A stretch of DNA of 61,548 nucleotides, counting the filler, from Sluysia triapertura (Eukaryota): NCBI GenBank assembly GCA_046118255.1. It is 5 parts of 5 records of this genome, joined end to end, with 100 filler letters (N's around TTAATTAATTAA, not from the genome) between each part and the next. Parts side by side here need not be neighbours in the genome. Positions count along the whole stretch, not along the records: positions 1 to 15,008 come from JBJNIA010241992.1; 4 more parts are not named here. One strand, 5' to 3'. The notes below the pieces were generated by a model. It was not told where the DNA came from. It did no database searches and was given only the letters and a program-made list of their open reading frames with translations. This document shows, piece by piece, positions 1 to 11,560 of this stretch (the stretch's first letter is position 1; every line of letters starts with the position of its first letter). Made by a program: the position numbers and the translations under genes.

Positions 1-69
<69 letters not shown>

Positions 70-70
70 T
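1..70. repeat. (ATT)n microsatellite
   Basis: Perfect ATT triplet run from the window start. Confidence 0.97.
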
Positions 71-374
71 TATTATTGTTATATTAACTACATGAGAAAT
101 CACAGTCAGTAAATGGAGACAAAAATTAATGCAACAGTAGTTTCGGAAATCGACGATACGATACGATAATGGATGTATTATTGATGGATTATTTTGGGAT
201 TTTTTTATGTGAGACCAGGAAAACATTTACGGATGCAGCTACTAAAATCCACAATTACTTCTCATCAAATGCACACCAAATTTGTTAGTATTCAGAAATG
301 CTTGTTGGCTTTATTGGGTAAAGTAGCAAATATCTTGGAAATGTAGCGTATAATATTTTCAAATTGCCACTTAC

Positions 375-1201
375 TTTCTGGAATATTCTCCAACAGATTA
401 TCAGCGGCACTGAATACTGTCAAGTTGTTCAATTTCCCAATACCGGCAGGTATTCCTTTGAACGTGAACTGATTTGCGTCCAAGTAGAGTCGCTTAAGAC
501 AAATCAAACGAGTGACATATGTGGGCAGCACAGACAGCTTATTATTGGATACATTCAAGTAGCGGAGAAGGGGCCAGAATACGCTGTCCGAGGAATCTGA
601 ATAATAGGGAGGACACAAATCATCGATCTGGTTAAAGCTTACATTTAATTTCGTTAGATTTCGAATATCGTATACGGTAGTCGGTATTTTCTGAAGCTGG
701 TTATTGGAAATATCAAGTTCAGTCAGGTTATTCAGTTTAATCATATCTATTGGGAAGTTTTCCAAACGACGATTGGTATCGCTGAATTAGAGAACATGTT
801 ATTATATCAATGAACATATTGAACACCTAAATATTGCCAAATTTCAAAACTTGATATTAAATCGTGAAATAGCATTTTCAATCTTTAAATTCACTATGGT
901 TACTGGAATCAAGTTAACAGATAATTTTAGAAACTTACCACAATCTCAGACACTCCAGCTTCGTGATGCCGATCACAGATCGAAGGTGCGACACTGACAG
1001 CTGATTGTGAGACAAATCCAAAAATTGTAAGTTTGGCGTGCGTCTTAAATTGGTTGGGAAGCAATTGATGTTGTTGTTACTCAGGTCGATCTTTATTAAA
1101 GACGTACATTGGGCGAATAGTTCTTTCGGGACAATGCTTATTTTATTATTGGACAAATTAAGCATCAATAACGATGAAGCACTTAAAATACCGGGAGGAA
1201 T
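375..1201 (-). CDS. FLII: Flightless-I homolog, two internal LRR exons (1201-939 and 781-375)
   Basis: Spliced translation IPPGILSASSLLMLNLSNNKISIVPKELF...LRLC/DTNRRLENFP...LKRLYLDANQFTFKGIPAGIGKLNNLTVFSAADNLLENIPE follows the FliI LRR region ([41 protein letters not shown]). Acceptor tttcag before 1201, donor gtaagt at 938, acceptor ttcag before 781, donor gtaagt at 374; frame is kept across the intron. 5' exons and gelsolin repeats not located. Confidence 0.85.
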
Positions 1202-2545
1202 CTGAAATTAGAAAATACATGTTATATAACCATGGTACAACTGATATCACAGTATTGTTTATTACACTATTCATCATAAAATAGCTCAATTAACAGACGT
1301 TTATAAAATCATTAAAAACCACAAAACTTGATAACTCACAACATATAAAATAATCGCCACAGTGTATAAGAATAAGCAACAATCTAATAGGATCCCAGAA
1401 GTCAAAAGTTTAATATACCACACTAATAAAAATGGCAGAGTTTTACATGCCACAACAGCAACAAAACATGCAAATATGCGCCCTTGGCCCATCATTATCT
1501 ACAATTAACGAACATGCGTATTGTAACATGTCCTAATTGTAACACAATTAGATAAATTCATCCAAAATCACGATGCATTCAATGGTTGCACTGATCCACC
1601 TTTACTAATCGAACTTTGTACAAATTAATTCAAGTTAACCTCAAGTTACATATGAAGAAATTACGACCAAATCACGAATACAATATAATTATTCCATTCT
1701 TAAAAAATTACCTCCCAAACGGATCAAACGATTAACAATTTTTATCTATTAAAACACACTACTACAAAACATTTTTGTAGTTCGACTTACCTTTCATGGT
1801 TCATTGAAAATTGATAGAGAAAATACTCCTATCATTTATTCTTATTAATATTAACATTAAGTACCTGATAGGTCAATATTACTGAAGAACAGCACAGTTC
1901 TCTTGAAAACTTTAAGTACCCATACAAAATAACAAATGATCTTTGTGAAATCAAAAAACGTATTTTTTTTATTTAATAATTACCTAATTTGTTATGGAAA
2001 TTACTTTTGATGGTGCATATAATAAATACTTCCTTTCTGATGATTAAAAGCATTTTTATAGCACTAAAACAATTAACATATTGTGTGATCATTTCTAAGT
2101 TTGGCGATGTTCTTCAGCGAAGTTTCCATTTTCAAACAGATTAATTAAATTATCAAGTGTCGGATGTGAGCCCTTTGTGGAGGCAGTAACATTTTCCAGA
2201 TGTAAAAACGAACTTGCGTTGTTCATCTTCAAACAAACAAATATACTAGTAAAGGAGAATGACAGCACATTTGCCGCACTTTCGTATGAATATGCCAAAT
2301 TTTGTTGAACAACATCAAATTTATCAATCAAAGCATTTTTCGAAACGATGCCAGGTCGTCTCGGGTTGTCGACTGGCAGCATGATCAGCAACAGTATTGC
2401 TCGAAAGAGAATAATCTAGTTCATCGATGACAAAAGATTTCTAAACGAAAGATATTCAAAAAGCATAATGATGAAAATGATTAATCTCTATCCACAAATT
2501 AGTCTAACTCAACATACAATGCGACTTGAGAATACAATTTTTAGA

Positions 2546-2713
2546 CTAATACTGAAACACATCACAATCACATATTTCTTGCACCTCGTGCGCTGTCAAT
2601 GAATTTGGAGTGACATTTGTAGCCGATTCTAATACTGAAACACATCACAATCACATATTTCTTGCACCTCGTGCGCTGTCAATGAATTTGGAGTGGCATT
2701 TGTAGCCAATTCT
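2546..2713. repeat. 83-bp tandem duplication (2 near-identical copies)
   Basis: ctaatactgaaacacatcacaatcaca...gtagcc(g/a)att starts at 2546 and at 2629. Confidence 0.93.
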
Positions 2714-4252
2714 AACTTCACTGGCTCAGGCTCACTCTACATATAGTATGATAAAGATAATGATTATGAAGATGATGGTGTAATAATGATGTTAATATTA
2801 ATATTACTATTATTATTATCATTATCATTATTAAGGTCATATTTATTAATATTATATTTTTTAATATTATTGTCATTATAAATGAGTTAATATTATTAAT
2901 TAATAATTACAATAATTAATACTAGAGTTCGAAATCATGCTAGCAATTAGTAAGTGAATGTATTATACAAGTCCTGAATATCTTTTGGAAATGACAAAAT
3001 GTATGAAGTCGAATGGATATCCCTTTAAAATGCAACTGCTATAATTATATTAGTGATATTGTACGAAAGTCACTTTAGGGAACAGAACCTTGCTTAATTT
3101 AAGCGTTTAAACTGTATTAGATGCCCCTTTTTATGCGAAATTTTTATTATTTTTAATTTTTGCAAAATTAAGTTAGGGATAGTCCATTTTTTAACTAATT
3201 CAGTTATGTATTTATTTATTTATTTTTTAAAGGCCACATAGCCACATAATTAGTGACAAACATTTGTCTATAGTAAATGTTACTGCGAGTGAATAGAAAT
3301 TAGTTGTTTTATTTTGGTTTGTTAATTACATCTGATTGGTGATGAAATAAATAGAATAAATAGAAACATGTTCAGCTATTGGTATATTAATGAGTCATTG
3401 AAATGCGATAAGATAGATTTGTTTTTACATTTACAGTGCTATGATGCAAATTTGAAAGTTTTTATACACAAATTATAGAACATTTCGTATTGTTTTGTAA
3501 CTCTGTATATATATTTTAACCGTAAACAAAGTTAATCGTGCAGCAATTTTTAGATGGATCCAAAGAACCAATTCGATCACAAGTGTTTACTTCTGATGCT
3601 ACAAATGTGGAAGATATTCACTCTAAAGCAATGAAAAGAAACCTAGATTATTTATTACGCCACATTTGATTATGGATAATTAGAGCTTATTTACTGTTTC
3701 AAGAATGGTACAGTACCTTTGGAACAATCTAAGATTTTGTTTAAAATAATTATTTCCATAATAAATCGCGTGTAGGTGGCTTAGTTTTTTTGAATAGATT
3801 TAATTATTTATTTCGAAATAAATTTAACCGTAACTAAGTTTAATATTTTGTAAATACTGTATATAACATGGATATTAAAATTTTTATGTAAATTATTTGA
3901 AAAATTGTAAACATAAATTTGTTATTATGCAAATTTCAGAAATATTATTTATTTGAAAATCTTATAAAGTAAAATTTTGTAAATAAAATCATAAATTAAT
4001 AGATAATTAAATTCTTGTATTTTTAGTCTATTTTCACATAAAATAATATTTATTCAAATTGTAAACAGTTAATTAAATTTGTGACTTTTTTGTTTTCCAT
4101 AAAAATTAATATAAATATTTATAAATGAATTTATTAAAACACCGTCAATCAAAAATTATTTAATTATTTTATCAAGACGTATGCGGAATAAGCTTACAAT
4201 CGAAATAATATATAAAAGTCCAATATCAAAAATATTGACGCACAAAAAATAA

Positions 4253-4357
4253 AAGCTGAACTGTGTTAACGTGTTATAATTTATCCGAAGCTGAACTGCA
4301 TCGACGTGTTACAATTTAATTGAAGTTGAGCTGTATAAACGTGTTATAATTTATTCG
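4253..4357. repeat. 3 x 35-bp imperfect tandem repeat
   Basis: aag(c/t)tga(a/g)ctg.....acgtgtta(t/c)aattta units start at 4253, 4288 and 4323. Confidence 0.88.
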
Positions 4358-4384
4358 CGAAAATTTATCGACGCACTACAGAAA

Positions 4385-5017
4385 TTGACATTAATAGAAG
4401 CATATTCAATGATTATATTGAGTAATGGAGAACAAACACATGACCGGAATAATCAAAGAGAAATAGACACTCCAGAACCAACATTGATTGAAGAAACAAA
4501 GGCATTTCTTAATGAATTAGGAAATGATGATGATATTGATAGAAACTTGGACAAAATTATGAATTTGGATTTAAATATGTTCAATGCGCAAAGTATAAAA
4601 CCAAGTTTGGTAATACTAAGCGAAGCAAGTAACCCTCATCAATTTAAAGCTAGAAAGTTATTAAAAAAGATTGCTTTGATGGAAAGAAAAATGGAACCTC
4701 AAACACTATTGAACATTAATATTTCATTGAACGGACTTATTAATATTTTTATGGAATTACCAGTGACTTCTTTGGTTCAAGATATTATAGAAATAATAAA
4801 ATCAAATGACCCATCAATATTGAATGTAGACTTAATTTATGATAATCGATATTTAATTCCTACGGATTTTCTTAATGATTATGGTTATCCATTGGGAGAA
4901 AACGAAAAAATAATAAAAGCTATTACTGTTAACAAAACTGTTGAATATGAAAATACATTTGAAGATATATCAGAAGATGAAATAAATAAAAATCCCCAGT
5001 CATTCTTGAGACAGTGA
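4385..5017 (+). CDS. Intronless 210-aa ORF with a probable ubiquitin-like domain (likely part of a longer disrupted ORF)
   Basis: LNINISLNG...ELPVTSLVQDIIEII...DLIYDNRYLIPTDFLNDYGY resembles the Ubl pattern (L.+.G+.L....TL.DYG). Coding-like sequence continues past the TGA. Confidence 0.55.
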   Translation: MTLIEAYSMIILSNGEQTHDRNNQREIDTPEPTLIEETKAFLNELGNDDDIDRNLDKIMNLDLNMFNAQSIKPSLVILSEASNPHQFKARKLLKKIALMERKMEPQTLLNINISLNGLINIFMELPVTSLVQDIIEIIKSNDPSILNVDLIYDNRYLIPTDFLNDYGYPLGENEKIIKAITVNKTVEYENTFEDISEDEINKNPQSFLRQ

Positions 5018-5984
5018 ACAGATGAAAATGATACAAATAATGAATTGAAAACAATAAAGAATAACGATAATGAAACAATAAAAAATGGTAATGAAATAAT
5101 TGAGAAAAAACAAGTAATAAAGAAACTAATACAATTAAAAGACGGCCTGGTAGGCCAAGAAAAAACGAGGAAGACGTAATAATAACAGCGAATCCTATTA
5201 AAAAGAATGTTATTGATTTAACAAAGTTAATAGAAGAAAACGCGGAAGAAATATTGGAATTAGATACAAAAAATATAGTTTATGCCTTTTTGTCCAATGC
5301 CTTTACAAATTTTAGTAAATATAAGGAGCTTATTGTATTTGCATGTGTATTTTTACGTGTCACTACAACATCTGCTATGATTTGCTATCGCTTAATTTGA
5401 CATCCCACCATATAATTTATACATGATGTGATTTATAAGATTATGTTACATACTCATGGTTACCATGGGTATGTCTGCGAAGGTTCTATACTGTTGCACC
5501 TAACCAACTATCATTATTATGACAATTGATCAAATGATGAAATTTTATTTGTATTCAAGGATAAAGTAATTAAATATGAAGAAAATGTAATTAATTAGTC
5601 TGGATTTTTCGTCAATATTGCATGCCAAAACTCCACTAGTAGCAAATTATATTCGTCTGTACAATTATTTTAACAATAAAATTAATGTGTTTATCTATTA
5701 GAACAATATTAGAAAAAAATATTAAAATGTTAAATAAAGAATTTAATAGAACTATATTAGCTACTATGATAACCAACCTAAACATGGTAGAACCGATATT
5801 ACAGCTGAAGGGTGAAGTATTTGGAGTATACCACCGTTCCCTTTACTATTCGTTGTTTCGAAGCATTACTATTACAATAACTGCCTTTTATAAAACCAGT
5901 TGCTAGTCAATTAGTTGATTCCGTTGGTCGTGAGTTACCTGTAGTAGGCACTATCGATAGTCAAGTCAGTATTTTGGATAGAAC

Positions 5985-6125
5985 TGTTGGGATATAGGCC
6001 TAAAGTGCTATTTTGTATTGTTGACTATAATATTCTAAAAATTGTTAGACCAGTGGATAGAGCATCGAATTGCGCAGCCAGAGGTCCCGAGTTCGATCCC
6101 GATCAGTCCATTTTATGAAGTCTAA
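5985..6125 (+). mobile_element. LTR-like repeat containing a tRNA-like Pol III cassette, copy 1 (3' end undefined)
   Basis: TGTTGGGATA...CTAAAAATTGTTAGA, A-box-like TAGACCAGTGG, B-box-like GAGTTCGATCCC, then CAGTCCATTTTATGAAGTC. Collinear with the reverse complement of 52949-52885 plus 52302-52239. Confidence 0.75.
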
Positions 6126-6339
6126 CTCTAATTTGGTAAAAGACTTGTATTTAATTAATACCTTACAAACATTTTTTATCACAGATTATATTGAATGAAA
6201 GTAGGGCTTAAGGTCCATTACTACTCGATTATTAAAAATGTTAGATCTGCAAGATTGAGGTCCCCGATTACTAAATTCAAAAAATTAAAATACAGAAAAT
6301 TGAAATTTATTGCACACATTTTAATAACAAAATAAAAAA

Positions 6340-7480
6340 TACCAAAAAGGTTTATCAATGAATAGTAAAAACTTGAAGCCGGACCAGCAAGATGTGAGAT
6401 TCTTTGAGACAAACGTTCTTTCACCATGCGAATATTAGTACAGGTATTAGTTTCTATTTTAAAAGCCGGCTTCGTTTGTAAATCGGATGAATTATCAACT
6501 TGAGATTACGATTTCAAGTTCCAATCAGGAAAACTCCTATGTAACATAAATTTGGATAGCCTTCATGCCAGAACCTAATACCGATTTCAAGATAATAATG
6601 ATTATAAAAATAGTCGTATTTTCTATTTTGAACTCGATGGCTTTTGTACTAGATCAAATCCATAACATTTACTGCGAAAATCGTATCGTATTACTCGAAA
6701 CTGGTGAAGCATTATAGTATTATTTTTAAAACATTCCAAGAGTGACTTTGTGTTAAAGGTGTAATTTGTATCAGAATTATCATTAATATTCAAAAAGGAT
6801 GGAGGACTACGAATCAAAAATTTAGAGCAACAAATGATTAATAGCGTAGGAGTATTCTCAGTGGTGGGCAGCATCATCTAAAAATGAACATTTAATTGTT
6901 AAATAGAAAATTAAACTATTGTAATACATTAAGTGACATTTCAGTCAGCATCGTATTCTGGAACTTTAGACAGACCAATAACTTGATTAAATCTTTCCTT
7001 TGATGGTAATTCTTTAGTTTTTGATCAACAAAACTAAAACACAATTTTAAACATTCTTTAATGAGTAATATAATAACATCATGGTGTAAAAGAATCTTTT
7101 GAGAATATAAAATGCTGCCATAAATATTTAAATAAAATATAATTTAGAAACCAACAAATTCCCAAAGTACTCAATGTATAGGACTGTTGTGAATTGTTGT
7201 GACATTTTATTCATGGGATAGTATCGTATTTCTTTTAATTTTAAATTACAACTGTACACCTACGAATAAACAATTAATGCAATATTGATAAAGCATTACC
7301 AATTTGTTTGTTTAGATCTCAACCAAAATTATTTGTATATTTCATTTGAATGTTGCACTTGTTATTTATTTGAGCTTTTCACATTTTATTTCATATATGA
7401 TTATATATGTTCATCTACAGCTTTGGAGTTGAAACTTCCAAAGTATGGGGAAGTTAAGAATTTATCATTAAATTAATTTA
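6340..7480 (-). pseudogene. Degenerate spliced gene of unknown family
   Basis: Coding-like blocks (e.g. ORF 6623-6877, TKELPSKERFNQVIGLSKVPEYDAD) separated by short GT-AG segments, with in-frame stops in every reconstruction I tried. Confidence 0.35.
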
Positions 7481-7889
7481 ATAATTTAATGTGAAATTCT
7501 AATTATTATTATTGTTAAATTTATTTCTTATTTTGGTGGATGCTTATTTGTGTAACATCCGTTAAAATTAATTATTAGTGAATATTTTTTAAAATTTACG
7601 ATTAATAAAGTTCTTTTAAAAATCTTGTAAATTAAATTAGAGTTTATGAAAAATTTAAAATAGTGAAAATAAGCTAAAGGATTTATTCAATACATAATCT
7701 AAATTAATTCTAATAGTTTTTAAGCTAATACTTGTTATTAATATATTGTATACAATTTTGTTAAGATGTTGATGCATGCTTGCACATTCTGCAGGACTGA
7801 CTTCAGACGGACTAATGTTAACATATTCATTTACTTAAGAAAATAACTAAGAATTATCATTAAAATTAGAACTAAAAAAATCGTACTTG

Positions 7890-8405
7890 TTATATAAAAA
7901 GGAGTTTTCTTCTGTCTTCAAAATTGGGATACGATTTATAAAATTTTGTTGTCATGACAAGCCAAATATCAATTGTGCGAATTGCAACAACGTGTTGTGT
8001 AATTATTTCTTTAATTAAAATCATAATTATATCTTTGTTAAACATAGACGTTTGTGATTTGATGGCCGTTCCCGTAGTAGCCACTGATCATATAAAACAT
8101 CATGTGTAAATTGCATCTTTTAAATGTCTATAATTTTCAAACATACAAATCTTGGTCGTCAATAAATCAAAATATTGGAAGTCGAATTCGTATATTTTGA
8201 TTACATCATTAATTTTATGACTTGATAGCAATTGTTCTAATAATACTATCAATCTGTCTAGTTCTTCCGCTAATTTATCATCACTTCTAAATGGCGCTTT
8301 AACTTTATCCTCACACAATAATGGAAAACCTATTTTATTCATAGGTCGTTTTACAATTAAATTCATTGACGAAGATCGATTTTTACATGTGACTAACATA
8401 ACCAT
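7890..8405 (-). pseudogene. Disrupted ORF of unknown function
   Basis: ORFs 8100-8405 and 7890-8084 share one frame, joined through two TGA codons (IYT*CFI*SVATTG). CCAAT-like and TGAC motifs lie just upstream. Confidence 0.45.
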
Positions 8406-8973
8406 TATTAATTATGATTAAAAATTGTTCTTAAAAATTTATAAATTTTTGATTGGCTGCTAAAATTTTGACATAAAATTTTTGTGACTACTGATAATTT
8501 TAGTAGTCATTAAATATTAAATGAGTAGGCAACATCTTAGGTTACCGTTAATTTTTATTTATTCTTTGTAACTTAAATTATAAACTTCGGTTTATACTTT
8601 CAATTTCTTTTCTTGAGATGCTTCCTCCTTTGTTAATTAATTTTTCTGTTCTGCATAAATCTGATCGTTTTCAAGTTTCCTTTGGCAATGTTTATTATAC
8701 AAATTTTCTCGAATCTGCTTTAGTTTATACTTAACGTCTTGCTTCTTCTTTTTTAGCTTGTTCTGATTCTCGATCAAAAAACGCTTTACATAATTCTTTA
8801 TGTTGTTCGATGTTATGAAATTATTTTCCAACTTAATATGTAATTTTCTTCTTTGTTAGAATCTTTTTCTCGTTTCGCCTTAACTAATAACAACTTCTTT
8901 TGTAAAATTTTAAATTCATTTTGTTCAATTTCTGCTTTTTCTATCTTCTCGTTCATTATGTTCTTGAAACAAT

Positions 8974-9235
8974 TGTTTGGTGACATTACATTGTAGAAGA
9001 GGAAAAGAAAGATAAAACTAAAAAATAAAAATAATTATGAAACAGTGTTATGAGAGAGAATTAGTAAAGTTAAAGGTGTTGAAAGAAATTCCATTTCGTT
9101 TATTTTTTGTGTTTTTAAATTTTAAATATAAATTAATGATATTTTGATGTGTGAGTGATTTGGATGTTGTGAAAATATGACTTTTTGGTTTGATATAATA
9201 TAATAAAATTTTGTATAAAGGTGTTGGGCACCACA
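8974..9235 (-). mobile_element. Short TGTGGTG-family insertion (LTR/MITE-like)
   Basis: Begins TGTGGTGCCCAACACC on the minus strand and ends CACCAAACA. Related starts at 14932 (+) and 50062 (-). Interrupts a frameshifted Lys/Glu-rich ORF (8600-8970). Confidence 0.5.
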
Positions 9236-10909
9236 ATTATTAATATATTAACTATAGGAATTTCACCTGTTATAATTGATCTTCTAATGCACTGGTTTTA
9301 TTTTTACTTTTTCTTAGAAGCGCGCAAATAATAACATTCTTAATGGATCAGCTTACCAAATACGATTTACTCTTAGGCAATATTTAAATCTTTTCAGAAA
9401 CTTTTTAAGATTGAATTGTTACTATTAATGCCAGATTATAAGTGCACTTATAAGGAAATTTATCAATGTAACCGCAAATATTCTAGATGCACGAAAAATG
9501 ATAGATATATAAAATGTAAATTGTATATTAAGATTTCAACTTAATAAAAATTATACTTTAAACTAGATTGCATTTGAGTATATTTTATCATCCCTAAGAA
9601 TGACCAAATTACCCTAGCAAATAGCTTACAAAATCAATTAAAATCTTATCCCAAATGCGAATGAAGTAATAAGAATTTTTATTTTTTTCCAAATCATGAT
9701 CAACAATTACATTTGAATAATTATTAATCAACTTCTTGAATGAAACTTTTTTTTATAAAATCCTCTCGTGCTACGATACTTTTTATTTTATTATTATCAT
9801 AAATTCATTACAAGCCAGCTGTTTTATATTTATTTTATAATTTTAAACACCTTCCGCCATTATTAAAATTTTTTAATTTATATTTAATTATTTTAGGCGT
9901 CTGCTGTAAATTTTTTTTAATATACATTTAAATTTTATTTACAATTTTTTTTAAATAAAATCGCAAAATAATTATATTCCAATAAATGGCTGAATAATAG
10001 GTAAATCACACTTAAACGAAATTTAATCGACAAAACATTACTTTAAAATTAAATCTTTAAAATTAAAGTATTAAAATCAAAGGAATTTTTTGAATATGAT
10101 TAAAAACCTTTAAGAATATATAATTCTTCATTGTTCACTACTAGCAACTTCAATGAGCTATAACTTTGATTCTTCAACGATCTGCAATAGCAATGTTAAC
10201 TTATATAAAATCTCCTGTTTTTTTAAAATTTACGTATTATGGTAATTCTCTCTTCCTTAATGTTCTACACATATATGTATTTGACTTAGTTATCTGGTTA
10301 TAGTATTTATTTTCCTACAGTGTTTCCAAGTGATTTCATATATTCGCTTGCTATCATAATTTTTTCTGTTTAAAAAAGAAATAACAATCTTAGTTAATAA
10401 TTATAATAGTAATAAAAATAATAAATTTTATATAATTAATTACTTACTTTAATAATTAAATTTCAAAAATAATAATGATAATAATAAAGTGAAGAAATAT
10501 TCTCTCTGCCACAACTGGCTAAAATGTCATTCATCCAGAATCAATATAAATACTGAATTCTTTCATCACGAAAATCATAAATGTAATCGTTTTAAAAAAT
10601 TACTAAATATTTCTATTTCAATCATTTGCGAAGACACCATTTTTGAAAATTATATTTTGTTAATTTATTTGACGATTCACTGATAAGAATTTTCTATTTT
10701 CTGTTTATTACTTTAAGGTTTATTTGAACCTTTAATATTTTTTAACAATGTAATAATGTTTTTTGCCTGATTCATTTTTAAAAACAATATTTTATTTTAA
10801 TTAAATATCCAAATAGTAATTTGGTTATAAACCCTTTATTTTACATTTTAATTATAGCTTCACTTACTACACACACATATATATATATATGTGTGTGTGT
10901 GATATTTAA

Positions 10910-11560
10910 AGTAGAATAAAGTAGGATTTTAACGTGAGTCCACCAACGTTATAGGCTTACCAATATTTGTAGATAAAATATTTTTAAAATGAGGTTAGAA
11001 TAATTTTCTAAATCGTGCATGGATTTACCAAAATATGTTTGCTTAACCACTTTGTTGTTAATTTAATAATTTAGTAATTTAGGCTAAGTTCTGGAGGTAT
11101 GAAAATCAATATATGTTATCTCTAATATTAAGTTTCTGAATAATTAAGGCAATTATTTAACTGTGGAATAGAAATTTATAAAGTATTTTAGGAAGATCCT
11201 ATGAAAAGGTCTATAAAAATGATCTTAAGTGATTAGAGTTAAATTCTAATCGTTGAAATCTTTAATCTACTGAATATTTTATAATTGAAACTATGAAATT
11301 TAACAATGAAAAAATCATTTCTTAAAAGAAAAAATTTATTAAATAATGGATAAACAAAGTTACAAATAGAAATATAAAAATAATAAAATAAATAAATTGC
11401 GAGGAATTAATCAATTTAATTCCTAAAACGATAATATTTTAATGAGGATTTTGCGAAAGATCTATTATAAGATCTTTTGAAAATAGTTACATAATAAATT
11501 TACATAAATTTTAGGTGGATGTGTGTTACATATCCGTAACTTAATACAATAAACTAACGT
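10910..11560 (+). repeat. Dispersed repeat family copy (related to 56920-57460)
   Basis: Shared blocks gtagaataaagt...cgtgagt(c/t)caccaacgt, gatctatta(t/c)aagatc and aataaactaacgt occur in the same order in both copies. Confidence 0.6.

Larger units (their letters stand above)
3849..5984 (+). mobile_element. Decayed putative LTR-retroelement 5' half (LTR-like sequence, 35-bp repeats, gag-like ORF with ubiquitin-like domain and AT-hook, retropepsin-like remnant); alternatively a DDI1-like pseudogene
   Basis: Starts TGTAAATACTGT like the LTR-like copy at 45386. ORF 4385-5017 continues through a TGA and frameshifts to KRRPGRPRK (5137-5163), then ILQLKGEVFGVYHRSLYYSLF and IKPVASQLVDSVGRELPVVGTIDSQVSI. 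Truncated at 5985 by another repeat. Confidence 0.5.

Noticed and set aside
364-600. Plus-strand ORFs opposite recognised or better-supported minus-strand frames (364-600, 28261-28461, 32092-32295, 48276-48482, 56425-56676)
   Set aside because: Antisense shadows of the minus-strand coding frames.
1790-2440. Upstream FLII exons
   Set aside because: GT donors exist at 1790 and 1864 and one frame has NIDLS, but I could not build an in-frame LRR model.
5985-6045. Continuation of the retropepsin-like peptide (VLFCIVD)
   Set aside because: This sequence belongs to the inserted repeat shared with 52885-52949.
6044-6110. Functional tRNA gene
   Set aside because: Anticodon and T stems are mismatched, an extra hairpin precedes the A box, and it sits within a dispersed repeat; reported as a mobile-element cassette instead.
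7290-7470. TAA=Gln (ciliate-type) reading of a frame with five TAA codons
   Set aside because: No recognisable homolog, intact genes have no internal TAA, and TAA is frequent by chance in such AT-rich DNA.
8085-8102. TGA=Trp recoding (IYT*CFI*SV, and similar cases at 6930-7220)
   Set aside because: Conserved Trp positions in RPE, FLII, the SET-domain gene, B55 and SET all use TGG, and the TGA-containing tracts sit among frameshifted remnants.
8060-8110. Dynein heavy chain-like IWSVGATG similarity
   Set aside because: Only about eight residues; flanking sequence does not follow dynein.
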